Source: the human T2T-CHM13v2.0 reference genome, Homo sapiens. From it: 64,000 bases of DNA. The DNA is taken from NCBI RefSeq assembly GCF_009914755.1, contig NC_060942.1. One strand, written 5' to 3'. The position numbers and the translations under genes were made by a program. The notes under the pieces are model-generated. The model did no database searches, was not told the origin of the DNA, and saw only the letters and a list, made by a program, of their open reading frames with translations. Shown piece by piece: positions 12,396-24,270 of the stretch; the first letter of the stretch is position 1; each line of letters begins with the position of its first letter.

Positions 12396-14827
12396 AAAAA
12401 TAAATAAATAAATAAATAAAAAAAATAAAAGCAACATATTTTAGGACAATTAAATTTGATAGGCAAGAAGAAGAAAATGGAGGCATTGTGCTTCAGGTTG
12501 AAGAAAAGAGCAGTCTATTTACCATGTGTTTTGGGCTATGAGATTGTAGGGTGGGGTTGAGAGATTTAAGCAGGAAGGATGGGTTTCTTCTCCCTGGAAG
12601 GCTGTGCCTTGGAAGTGGTGCTGGCAACTAACATGGGTTCCTGGAAGAGCCACACCTTAAAGACAGTTGCCTTGGGAGTCTGAGCAAGGGACTCTCTATG
12701 AAGTGGAGCCATTTGCAAAGCTGCTCAGCACCAAGTAGACGACAGAGGCTTTGGCAGCAAGCTGGGCAAATGAGATTCTGCTCTAAATCCAACAACAGAA
12801 CTGGACAGATGGTAAAACAGGAGGCCAGTGGTGCATCTTGGGGCTGCAATAGCAATAGTTGCCACTGCAATTGCAGGCTTAGAGGCCTCTTTTGAGGAAG
12901 TGAGTTAACATTGGGGACTCCTAGATAATATCAGGCAGGCTGGTTGCTGAGTAGGATTTAATTTGATTTTAAAGACATGTACATTATTGACACCAGAAGT
13001 GCATGGTGGTGCAATTTGCATGGACATCTCTGCTTCTGTAATTGTGTCCACTTGTGAGAGATCTGACATTGCTCTCTATGTCTGGGTATGAATGATGTCG
13101 TTACTCTTGTTTATGTTGGGGTGACCTCAGTTTCAGGGGATGCTTTCTCTTTGAGATGAGTAAGAATGATCAAGGGTGAGCATGCAATTGGCAGGTTTCT
13201 GTTATAGATGTGCATTATGTAGATTGACCTCTAATGATTCGATTTCCTGCCAACACAACCTTTCTACAGCATTGTGAAAATAATGTTTGCAAGCTGTCCC
13301 TTATAATCTACTTTCCCTGGCACTGGGTAAGTTTCATGTCCACTGAACTTGCCAGTTCCCCATGAAACCACTGGCGGCATCTCCTTTACCAGGGGCAAGT
13401 GTATATCAAAGGATTGTATAACTATTTTACCTTGAATAGACCCAGGATTTAAGAATGAAGTTCCCCTAAAGTATGGCAGCATAGAATTTCTGATCCTCAA
13501 ATTGTTGAATGGCAGCTAAACATTTGACAACATCACAATAGTCATTTGGCTAAGCATTTCAAATGCAGGTATACAACATCATGTTCAATAACTACATTTT
13601 AAGCTTTTGGTTAATTTATACTATATATGTATAATGTGTATGCATGTATGTACTATTAATGTAATTACTTTATATTCATTGTAGGTGTTCTGGTGCCTGC
13701 TTTTAATCTTGGTACCTAAAAGAAAAAAGCGTTTTAACAACAGCAAGTTCTTAATGGCCGCTTTGGTCACAGTTGTTGATTACCAACCTGTCATGCTGAG
13801 GTGCTTGGTGGCTGCTAGGATAGGATGGCAGATGAAGGACTGGAGAGACACATGGCTGGGCCTAAAATATAGCCCCAAACCAGTGGCTGAGCTGCAGCTG
13901 CCCTTGAACAATGTGAGGCATCTGGAAGGACAGTGAGGGGTATATCTAGACCAGATCAAATCAGTAGGTGTACATCTGTCTGGCAAGGGCACATTGTGGG
14001 CAAATGAAGAATTAGAATAATCCATAGGAACACAGCCTAGAGCTTCAAAGGTCTTTGATTGGTCAGCTGGGGTTCAAAGGTTACAGGGCAACACAGATAA
14101 CTGAGGAAGCAGGGCCTGGAATCCAGGCAAAGAAACCAGACACTTGTTCAGAGAAACAGCAGCAGACAAGGTCTTCTTCCTGAACCAGGTAGTCTCAACT
14201 AGGGGAACTAGTTAAGACAGTCTTCCTGTGCATCCACCAGGTGGAGATTCATTTGTTTGTTTGTCGAATTGATGTTTGATTCAACACGTGATGCAGAAGA
14301 CAATGACTTGGCTCTCACAAAGCTTATGGTGTACTGGGTAAGACCTACATGAAATTTATACTTGATATCAAGTGATGAGGGTACATTAAGAGCAAAGCCC
14401 AGACTAGAAAGAGAAGTGAGAGAGAGAAAATGAAAGGCCATTACTACTCTGTAGTTTGGGCCATTGAGGAACTGAAAGCCCTATCTGGGGTGCAATGGTG
14501 GCCTCTTCTCCCTGCCCCTGTAGTCCTTGAACACTCCTAGTGGAGATCACCTCAACCCTGTAGGCTCAGTTCCACCTGAGTCCTGCCTGCAGATGGCTGA
14601 AGTTTAAGGATCCAGGAACTTGTTGGGCCCAGCCTTGGCCCTCACCCTGCTGTGCTGGTGACCTGGCAGTTCTATGGGGACAAGGCCCCAGCCTATATGC
14701 CTTTTGTGGCAGTCTTTCCCTTTTCCTAGTTCTTTAGTAACCAGGTCATACCTTATTCCCAGCAAAGGGTTTCCTGCTTTGAATGTCCATTCCTCAGAGA
14801 TAGAATTCCCTGGCCTGACGTTCAACT

Positions 14828-14870
14828 CTAGAAACCAGTTGCCAGCACCTGCTGCTGCTGCTGCTGCTGT

Positions 14871-14902
<32 letters not shown>

Positions 14903-14965
14903 CTGTTGCTGCTGCCTCCTAACACAAGCCTGCCTGAAATTTGGGCCTGAAATTGGGTGTTTCAT
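14828..14965 (-). other. Candidate 45-aa micro-ORF MKHPISGPNFRQACVRR-Q22-VLATGF (translation unproven)
   Basis: Manual translation: ATG at 14965, TAG at 14828-14830. No evidence of transcription. Confidence 0.2.
14849..14914. repeat. Interrupted trinucleotide repeat (CTG)7 TTG (CTG)2 TTG (CTG)8 TTG (CTG)2
   Basis: Direct read: 22 triplets, 66 bp. Confidence 0.98.
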
Positions 14966-16339
14966 CTCTCATTCCTTCGCAGCTCAGGTGGACACCCTCC
15001 CTTATTAACTTGGAGGAGTCATTCTACAGACCTTTCTCTTTTTTTACTTCTTTCTTTCAGATGGATTTCTCAGCCTTAGAATATATGTTTTCCTTGTATC
15101 TCAAATTTTAACCTGTGGCATAAAGTCCACTTGATGCCAGTCTTTAACCAGAGTGACATGTTTCCTCATGTGTGCTCTTTTCTAGTCAGGACTATCTGCT
15201 GCTTCCCTGGGCTGTAGTTCTGGGAGCAATGCTTACTCAAATCATTCAGGAAAGAAATGCAAATGTAGGAATAGATTTTTGGCTTGTCATGTTCAGTTGT
15301 AGAATTCCTCAGGGCAGGACACTGTCCTTTCCCTTTGGACAGGATGACTAGCATTTGTTTATTTTGTTTCATTTCAAGCAGCTCCAGGGGCAATAAGCTT
15401 TAAAAAATGTTCTGTAACAGCAAAGACTTCTGAAATAAAGGGATTACTCTATTTCCCTGGCCAAATGTGATTTTTGATATAATTCTCATGTTTTAGCTTT
15501 TCTAGTTTAAAAACCTGCATACTGGGAAAATAAGGAAAAAATTCTAGAGGTTGTATGAGAAGGATGAAGACTCTATGCTCATTTCCATATATGAATTTTT
15601 TCCTTTGACTGTAGTCCTAAAACTGTAATGTTTTACTTTAGAAGGAGATTCATTGGTTGCCTCATCATCCATTTTGAAGACCATTACTACTACCATAAAT
15701 AAATACCCAGTACTTGTTTGGAGAGAATAGATTTGCTTAGACAGTGTATCTGAATATTAAGGATAATAAACAGGTACTTGTCTAGAGAGTAATCTATCTT
15801 TTCTAACTGCTAGATTTTGAAATTATATTTAGTATTAAGGAGAAATTACTGCAGTGTTTAATGAAATATATTTGAAATCAAATCAGGACTTTCAAATATT
15901 AAAAGTAACCAATGTCCTTCAAGGACATAATCTGTATTCCATCTTTGTATTCTTAGCTCCTAGCACACTGTATGCAGGTCTCAACAAGTGTTGAGATGAA
16001 CTGACTACTGCTTATTTTATGTTGTATTATCTTATGTTATTTACAGTAATAGTACGTGATACATACGGTTACATGTATAAATCTTATCTCCTTAATTGAG
16101 TCTCACTTTCCTCAAATAAGGGTCCTGGACCAGATAAATATTTTCAAGGTTGTTTCCAGATAATAACCTGTCATTCTACAACCTTCAGTTTTGACCTTTG
16201 CATCCATCTTTGGTTAATAAATTCCAATTGCCTATGGGATATAGCCATTCTGTAAGTTTCTCAGTTTCCCTCTGTCTTGGCCTCCTAACCATGGTTTCCT
16301 ACCCATCAATAGTCTGATAAGCCTATTCAAAGCACTCAC

Positions 16340-16890
16340 GTTATTTGTAAAGTTGCTTTTAAAATATCATATATATTATCTCTAAATATCTCATTAAGTA
16401 TTATGGAAGAACAAGGACATTCTCCTAAATGACCACATTACCATGATCAAAATCAGGAGAATCGAATATTGACCCTATCATCATTCCAGGATCCAGTACA
16501 GGATCCAGTCCAAGATAACACAGTATGTTTAGTTTTGTGTCTCTTTAGTTTCCTTTAGTCTGAAACAGTTTATTAGCCTTTCTTACTTTTTTCTTGACCT
16601 TGGTACTTTTGATATATATGGGTCAATTATTTTGTGAAATAACCCTCAATTTGGGTTTGTCTGTTTGCTCATGGTTGAATTCAGGTATGTATTTTGGGCA
16701 GGGAATACAACAGACATGATCATTATATAGGTCTCAGTGCACCATGTTGAGAGGCACTTGAAGTTGGTTTGTCCTATTACTAATGCCATTAAATGTGATC
16801 TCTTGGCTAAGGCAGTATCTGTCCAGTTTCTTCACTATAGAATTGCTGTTTTCCTCTTTGTGATTAAATAAATAATTTGGGAGAAGATAA
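16340..16890 (-). mobile_element. L1MC-type LINE 3' fragment
   Basis: aacaaggacattctcc, ccaggatccagtccaagat, ttttgggcagggaatac and similar L1MC4/5-like 3'UTR motifs. Confidence 0.6.
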
Positions 16891-16894
16891 TCTA

Positions 16895-18300
16895 CTAAGC
16901 AAGTAGCAGAGGGTAAAATGCTAACTGCTAATGGGAAAATATTCATTCTTCTTGCTATGGTTAAGAATGGCTGATTTTAATCCAAAGAAGATAATCATGA
17001 ACTAAAGTCATTCTTTTATCGCTGAATACTTGGGTAATACATTAGAGAACATTGCTGATGATTTGAAGAGACAAATACTGAAATTTAAAGTAGGGGAGCC
17101 TTAGTATATAGTTAAAAGAAAGTGCTTTTTTTAAAAAACAAATTTCAGTGTTTATGATAATGGCTAGATTGAATTTAAATATTGAAATAGATCAAAGACT
17201 AATTTGCGATTTCAAATAGGAAAGATATACTGGAGAATACATTCTCAACAGCAAGTGACTTAAGAAGTTAAACAGAATTTTACCAAAAAGTCAAGTGTAA
17301 TCACTTATGGAACAGCTGCTTTGATTGGAGTAAACATAGGATTTTAAGTTCTAGGTTAGGTTTACTAAAGACTCCACATATGAAAGTTATTAACTACCGA
17401 ATTTATAGGTAAAATATTTCAGTCAACAAGTTGAAGCTTGAGGTGCATGAAATTGTAGCATGTCATCAATATTTAATTTTAGATATCAAGTCCTTTAAAA
17501 TACAGGTGTTTATAATATTACGTAATGAGCTGTGTGGTTATCACAAAGATGTTTTGTACCACACAGTGATTCATGGGTTACCTTATGGCAAAATACTTAG
17601 ACTTACCCCACTTATAAATACTATGCATGTATTTATATATTTAGAAAGACATGTGCTCTAGATTGGCTGACATTTTCTGTGGTGACAAGTGGTTGCTTCA
17701 GTGGTATTGAATAGTGTGCTACCAAGTATATAAATATAAATTTAAAACCCTTCTCTCAAGTAAGGTAATCTTTTCTTTAAACAGTAAGAAAGTAGTAACC
17801 AATGAAATAAAACCCAAAGCACACAAAGCAAAAAAAGCAAAGGTACCAACACCACCTACCATGGATTAGAGAGTTGAAAATGGCTGTTTCAAAATGTTGT
17901 TATTGTTTTGTGATTTTCCCCCCATAAATTATGCCATAATTAAACATCATATATTAAATGTAAAAAAAATTCTAGTAGCATGTTCTCAGGTTTCTTGAAC
18001 ACATGGATCCAAATAAACAAAAATGTAGAATTTTCCAACAGTTGTGCATTAGAGCTTCTCATCAGCCAGTTGTAAGAGCAATTGATTGACATCAGAAGGA
18101 ATAGAACTCTATTAACCGAATAGTTGGTAGACAGCATTGGTGGTGTGGGGGGCAGTGGATATTATGATTGCTAAATACAGCCAATGATGCATTTCCCCTG
18201 TTTGTGCTTATGTAATTTTGAGGTATCATTTTCAGCTATAGAGCTATTGAAACAGGTATTGGAATAAACTGAATTTAGACCCCGACTTTTAAGTCACTGT
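16895..18300 (+). mobile_element. Degenerate hAT-Charlie (Buster) DNA transposon transposase relic
   Basis: Collinear peptide remnants LENIADDLKRQIL (17042), LYHTVIHGLPYGKIL (~17554), LADIFCGDKWL (~17663), EQLIDIR (~18076), FEVSFSA (18217), WNKLNLDPD (18260); many stops and frameshifts. Confidence 0.75.
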
Positions 18301-18945
18301 ATTACAGAGTATTTAACTGAGATCTTAAAAACATAGTGGAACATTCAAACATATTGCTTTCTCTCTCCAGTAAAATGGTTTGACTCTTTATAATAGAAAT
18401 TGTGTATTTCACAAGAACCTACCCTTTCAACTTATTTTTTAGTGTTTTCTAAGTAAATGTATTAAAGCAGTTATATGTGTACATGACTTAAACATTTGTA
18501 CTGATATGGGTTCACTTTCAGGTTGGAGGCCAGATGTGTAGAGCAGGGAGAATCAGCCTAGGTGTGGTTGTCAGGGGACACTTCACAGGGTGATGTGACC
18601 GTCTAGAAAGGAGTAAGATTTGGAAGACAGCCTCTGACCATTAGGGTAAAAGTGATTACAAATAGATCTGGTTTCCTAGAGTAGATGGGGGAAATCAATT
18701 CATAAATTTTTCATGCTCATCTCTGTCCTGAGACATTGGAGCATGGAAAGCCCTGCCCTTAAGAAACCAGAGTTCCTGGACAGAAGAATGTCCTACTTGT
18801 GAGGAAGAAAGAATTCAGCAATTATTCGTTGAATAGCTTCCATGAGCTTTTATTTACTGGCAAAATACTGGGATGGATACAAAGCAGCCAGGGTATGTAA
18901 GAAGATAAGATTAAAACAAGTGGCAGATGAGGTCAGAGGGAAAAG

Positions 18946-18949
<4 letters not shown>

Positions 18950-18977
<28 letters not shown>
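18950..18977. repeat. Poly-T tract (T28)
   Basis: Direct read. Confidence 0.95.
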
Positions 18978-18980
<3 letters not shown>

Positions 18981-19019
18981 AGAAATCTTGTGGCATCACC
19001 ACCCTTACTCCCTGCCACT

Positions 19020-19720
19020 TTTATCCTTCACCATCCAAAGCTTTCTACCTTGTTATTCTGGCCTGGAATGCCCCTGGGACATCTGGTTCCTTCTCATCCT
19101 TAAGTCTTAGTTCCAATGGTTTCCTCTCCAGATAGGTCTCTAATCACCGCTGTCAAAGGCAATCATTCCACTGACATCCATTTTCTATCTTAGGTGGTTC
19201 CCTCTATAGCAATTGTTATTGTTGATTATTGCATATTAATTGGTTTGCCTGTTTGTTCTCTTTCTCCTTCCCCTACCCTCAACTAGAAGGTAAGATTAGA
19301 GCTTTTACTTTTTCTCTTTCACCACTTTATACCTAGGAATACCTAGCACATAGTACAGGGCTTGACATAAAAGCAATTATTTAGTCGACAAACAAAAGTA
19401 GTAAGAATCACAACTGAGTCTTGGAGGATGGTAGAATCTGGATTAATGATGAAAGTGAGGGATTTGAGAATGGAGAAACAACTTCAACAAAAATGTGGAG
19501 GTAGAGTAGTGTAAAATATGTTTGGAAGATGGAAAAGACCAATTAAGTTGAGTAGAAGGCTTGGGAAATGCAATGGCTGGGCAAAACATTAAATAGGAAA
19601 TTCCAGCCAGGGCGTGGGAGGTTTTGTATGCTAGCCTACACATATCACAAGGCAATTTGGACTTTATCCTGTATGTGGTCAACAGGGAGTCACTAAACTT
19701 TGATGGAAATTGTAAATTAG
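19020..19720. mobile_element. L2 fragments in both orientations
   Basis: ctggcctggaatgccc...cctagcacatagta (plus), followed by ggactttatcctg-type antisense L2. Confidence 0.5.
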
Positions 19721-20086
19721 AAAACTTCAATTGGTATATCCCTTGGCACTGGCTAACTGAACACAATACAACCCCCTGTTGGTTAAGGGTTCTGGAGAAA
19801 TGTCTGTCCAGACAATGCTGGAAAGAGCATTGACCAAATTCATGTTGTAGTGGGGAAGAAGTAAGCCTACTTCCGGGTAGAACTCTATTTTCAGTGAGTA
19901 CTAAAATCCCCCTGGATAAAGAGGAGATGGGTTGTATACTTTTAAATCCAGGAATAAATTTGAATAAAACCCTTATTTATTTTATTCAAAATGTAGCCTG
20001 CTTCAGAAGACTTTGCAAGAAGGCTTGGACTCCAGACTACTAAATTATAGACTAACCATTAATCTCTTTAAAAATCTAGGCTCTAA

Positions 20087-20209
20087 ACCGGGTGCAGTGG
20101 CATGTGCCTGCAGTCCCAGCTACTCAGGAGGCTGAGGTAGGAGGATTGCTTGAGCCCAGGAGTTCAAGTCCAGTTTGGGCTACATAGCAAAATTCCATCT
20201 CTATTTAAA
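20087..20209 (+). mobile_element. FLAM (free left Alu monomer)
   Basis: ccgggtgcagtggcatgtgcctgcagtcccagctac...gagcccaggagttcaag; near-perfect TSD aaaatc(t)aggctct at 20071-20084 and 20210-20222. Confidence 0.9.
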
Positions 20210-21839
20210 AAAATCAGGCTCTGCCACTTATTTGGGATAACCAGTAAGCTGGAGTAACTTAGCTTCAACTTTTAAGACTGTAGACTGGAGAGAAGAATGC
20301 CCTACTTTTGAGGAAGTGAGAAAAAATCCCAGCACTGGCACATTCTTACACAACACATTTCATTCCTAATGTTTAGCTGTATCCCACCCCAATGTCAGTT
20401 AAATAAGGGATAAAAATGTTCCTATTTGGCGCTTATGCAGCCTATCTAGGAAACCTATTGCACAATTTACCTGCAATATGATAGTACTCGTAATACAAAT
20501 CTTTCAGTGTGACTTTTCCTGTCATTTGCACATCTCTGAACCTGTCAAAAGCCAGGAATGTTTTCTTAGGACCAAGATATCTAGTTATCAAAGTGTTTAT
20601 ATGCAATTTTAAGCTGGACTTCCCTGTTTTTCTTCCTGTAACTTCCTGGTCCCAAACAGCATTTTCTAAATTATCTGTTGTGAAAAATGGATAATAGAGT
20701 CATCTGTAATTTTTTTCTTTACTGTATGTTTTAAGATCTTAAATTGAGACAGGGCAGTGTGACTCTAGGTGGTTTGCTTTCTGGGCCTATTCCTGGAGAC
20801 AAGTGGTGGGTGGTTCTAAATGTGTCACTTGGACATTTTGGACCTTAGATTCCTTACCTGTCAACTGGAGGCCTTGGATTGGATGACTTCTAGGATGGCT
20901 TTCCCTTGTGAGATTGTACAATTTTTGGAGAAACCTGTATGTGTATCCTTCTAAGTTCTTTGAAAATTTCTGCAAAAAGAAGCTTCTATATGGTGTGGGA
21001 GGTAAAACCAGATGATCTCTAAGGTCCTTTCAATTCCCAAATTCTGCAATTAAGTGGGTTCCATAGATTCTCACAGATAATAGCTACTTAAAGACATTGA
21101 CATCATCCACTTATCCATGTTAGTAAAACTATTCATTTCAAAGCTTATAAATATTTCAGAAAACATGCCGGAATTCCATCTCTCCATCCCTGCTTAGATC
21201 ATCCTTAGGTAATGGTCCCTTTAAGGTCTCCACGACCTCTGTGCAAAGAAAGTTATCTGGGGGTGGTGAATACTGTCCTGCAAGCTCAAAGGTACACAAT
21301 CTTCATTCAAATCTCTTGTGGCTTTGGCTTCATGTCCTTGGATAAAGTGACTTAACCCCCTGAACTTTCATATCCTTATTTATGTGACCAAGTATAACAT
21401 AAAATAGGAAATGTTATTTACCTGCTAAATTGTAGAAAGACACACCTGGACTGGGGACAGTGAGTACACACTGAACACTAGTGTTTTCCCCACATAGGTA
21501 ATAGCACCCAACAGATAATATTTGCCCCACAAGTTATATGCAGATTGGAAAAAGTGGAATCATGTTCCAAGCATCACAGAAGTACTGACTGTAGCTAGTC
21601 TGGCATGTGAGCATTTGTTGTCATTTTCCTTGCCCTTCAATATTTGTCCTGTTTTACCCTTTAGTTTCCACTAAAAAGCAGCTGCCTTCACTAGAAAGTA
21701 AGTGAGCTCCTTGAGGGCATTTGTATACATTTATTTTTGTACCACCATTCCATTGCCTCCGTCAGTGTTGGTGGCAGGTAGGAGCATCTCAATATGTATA
21801 TACTTGTTGAATTTAACTGTAATGATAAGTGTGTAAGTG

Positions 21840-22080
21840 ACAAAAAGAGCTATTATTTAAAGAGCATTTACAATATACCAGTTATAGTGGTAAGTATTGT
21901 AACATACTATACTTCACTCAATGCCTTGAGGTGGGTAATACTGTTGTCCATATCTTAAAAATGAGGAAACTGGGGCAGAGAGAAATTCAATGCTTTTCTA
22001 AAGTTCAAAGATGTTGAGTATGAATTGAACTGGGTCATTTAGTAGAGCCCTGTCCTCTTAGCTACCGCAGTATTACTACT
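21840..22080 (-). mobile_element. MIR
   Basis: aaatgaggaaactggggcagagaga MIR core. Confidence 0.65.
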
Positions 22081-22329
22081 TCCAGGCAATGTGGTCCAAG
22101 CCTGATCTGAATCCAGTAATAAATAGCAAAAACATATTACCTTGACATGCACAGCTGATATTGGTAACTGTTCACAAGTTTGTTTCCCAGTAAACTTGCA
22201 TGTGGTTTCAAAATCAGACTTAATGCAGAATCAGGGCCTTAACTCCATATCTGTTGGAGTGTCTACATCCATTAGAGCCATTTGTCAACCATAGCCTGGA
22301 TGTAAGTTGAGATGTACTTGACGCAACTC

Positions 22330-22900
22330 CTCACACTATAGCCACGACTCCTCTCCTAAGGACCATAGGTAGGTATCCGAGGGCCTGTTGGATGTCTCCA
22401 CTGGGATATGCAATAGACTTAAATATGAAATTATTTGTTCTCTTCTGTGCTATGCCTAAAATTCTTCTTTTTAAGGTCTCTGTTTAAGTTCATGAAAACA
22501 TCATCTATCCAGTTGCTTGGAAAAAAAGTTATGCTCCTTTCCTCTCCTTCAACCCCTGATAGCCACTCAATCACTGTGTCCTGTCCACTTGACCTTCTAA
22601 AATGCTCTTGAATTGGACCCCTTCTCCCTACTCCTTTATCTACTGTTTGTTAGCCTCCTAATGGATCTCTTGCCTGCAGCATCTTCTCCATCTAATCCTT
22701 TCTCCCTACTCTGTTTTGGATCATTCCAGTCTGTGATTAATACTCAGCAAGCCCCCATCACGCACAGGATCAAGTCCAGATGTTCCCTGTGCTTCTCACT
22801 GCCTTTCACTACTTTGCTCAAACCTAATTCTGTACCCTCATCTGCAGCCACTATATTCACTTTTTATGCCAGCTATGGCAGGGGATGTACAGATCTGGAA
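22330..22900 (+). mobile_element. L2 fragment
   Basis: ggatgtctccactgggat, catctatccagttgct, caggatcaagtcca. Confidence 0.6.
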
Positions 22901-22902
22901 TA

Positions 22903-23361
22903 CAGTTGACCTTTGAACAATGTGGAGATTAGGGATATCAACCCCTTGCACAGTTGAAAACCCATGTATAACTTTTGACTCCCCCAAAACTTAACTACTA
23001 ATAGTCAGCTGTTGACCAGAAGCCTTACTGATAGCTTAACCAGTTGATTAACACATACTTTGCATGTTGTATGCATTATACACTGTATCCTTACAATAAA
23101 GTGAGGTAGAGAAAAGAAAGTTTAAGAAATTCGTAAGGAAGAGAAAATTTATTCATTAAGAGGAAGTGGATCACTATAAAGTCCTTCATCCTTGTTGTCG
23201 TCGCGCTGAGTAGGCTGAGGAGAAGGAGAAGTTGGTCTTGCTGTCCCAGAGGGGGCAGAGGAGGTAGATAGAGAGGCAGGCACACTTGGTGTAAACTTCA
23301 TTGAAAAAAAATGCACATATAAGTGGACCCAGACAGTTCAAACCTGTTTAAGCATCAATTA
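22903..23361 (-). mobile_element. Tigger2a-like TcMar MITE
   Basis: TIR cagttgacctttgaaca, TA flanks, ataacttttgactcccccaaaacttaactac. Confidence 0.85.
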
Positions 23362-23539
23362 TACTTCACACATTTTCCAAACATTTCTCAGGTCATGGCT
23401 TCTGCCCCAACTATTCTTTTAATTATTTCTGTTCCTAGTAAATTGCTACTTATCTTTTAAGACTCAACGCAAAAGGTTGCTTTCGTAAGTTGCTCTTGGA
23501 CCACTTTTGTTTATGAATTCCATTTTGCAATCCCAGTTT

Positions 23540-24270
23540 AATTTTTATGAATCTATTCATTCAAAAAATATTTTTAATACTTCATATATGTCAAGCACTA
23601 TGTTAGTCTGATCAGAGAGATGACTGTTAATCATATCACATAAATAAGTGGAAGATTGCACCTGCCATGAGGCAAAGGTTAAAGAGGACACAGCACATGC
23701 TCAGCCTCCGAAGGCTGCGTAAGAGCTGGTAAGGTGAGGAGCGATGGGTGGCACTGCAGAGCTGGAGTGTGTAAAGCCCTGTGGCAGGGGCAGGGCCCCT
23801 CAGGGAATTGCATGATGAAGCGGGGGTGGGGGTGGGAGGGTGCTTCTTGGCCTGTGCTGAGGCTGGAGGAGTCAGCAGGGGCTGGACTGTGCAGCTCTCT
23901 GTAAGCCAGGTAGAGAAAGTTGACATTAATCTGAAGAACAATGGAACATATTCGGAGGGGGTTAAACAGGGGGATGACACAATCAGTTTCACGCTTTGGA
24001 AAGGTCACTCTGGCTCCCATCCATAGGGTGGACTGGAGGGGTGCAGGAGGACACAGACATGGTAGTTAGAAGCCATTTAGTCATCTGGGCAGTGATGTGG
24101 GTTAAAGAGATGGTGTTGATGACGATGGCAGCTGCTCTACAGAAGTCAACAGATCTAAAATAGTATAAAGTGGTCACATCAACTAGCATAGTGATAGACT
24201 AGATTTGGGGTTGAGGGTTTGATGACAATTAGGTTTCTGGTTTGTGTCATTAGGTAGGTGAGCTAGAGAA
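23540..24270 (-). mobile_element. L2 fragment
   Basis: attcattcaa...tgtcaagcact 3' end; ggaaaggtcactctggct; aggtttctggtttg. Confidence 0.6.

Noticed and set aside
14849-14914. Identification as a known disease repeat (TCF4 CTG18.1, DMPK, ATXN8OS, ERDA1)
   Set aside because: I do not recognise the flanks as any of these loci; the locus cannot be assigned without a genome search.
14674-14922. Plus-strand poly-Ala ORF as a transcription-factor exon
   Set aside because: A stop follows the tract almost immediately, interruptions are non-synonymous (Val), and there is no CpG-rich coding context.
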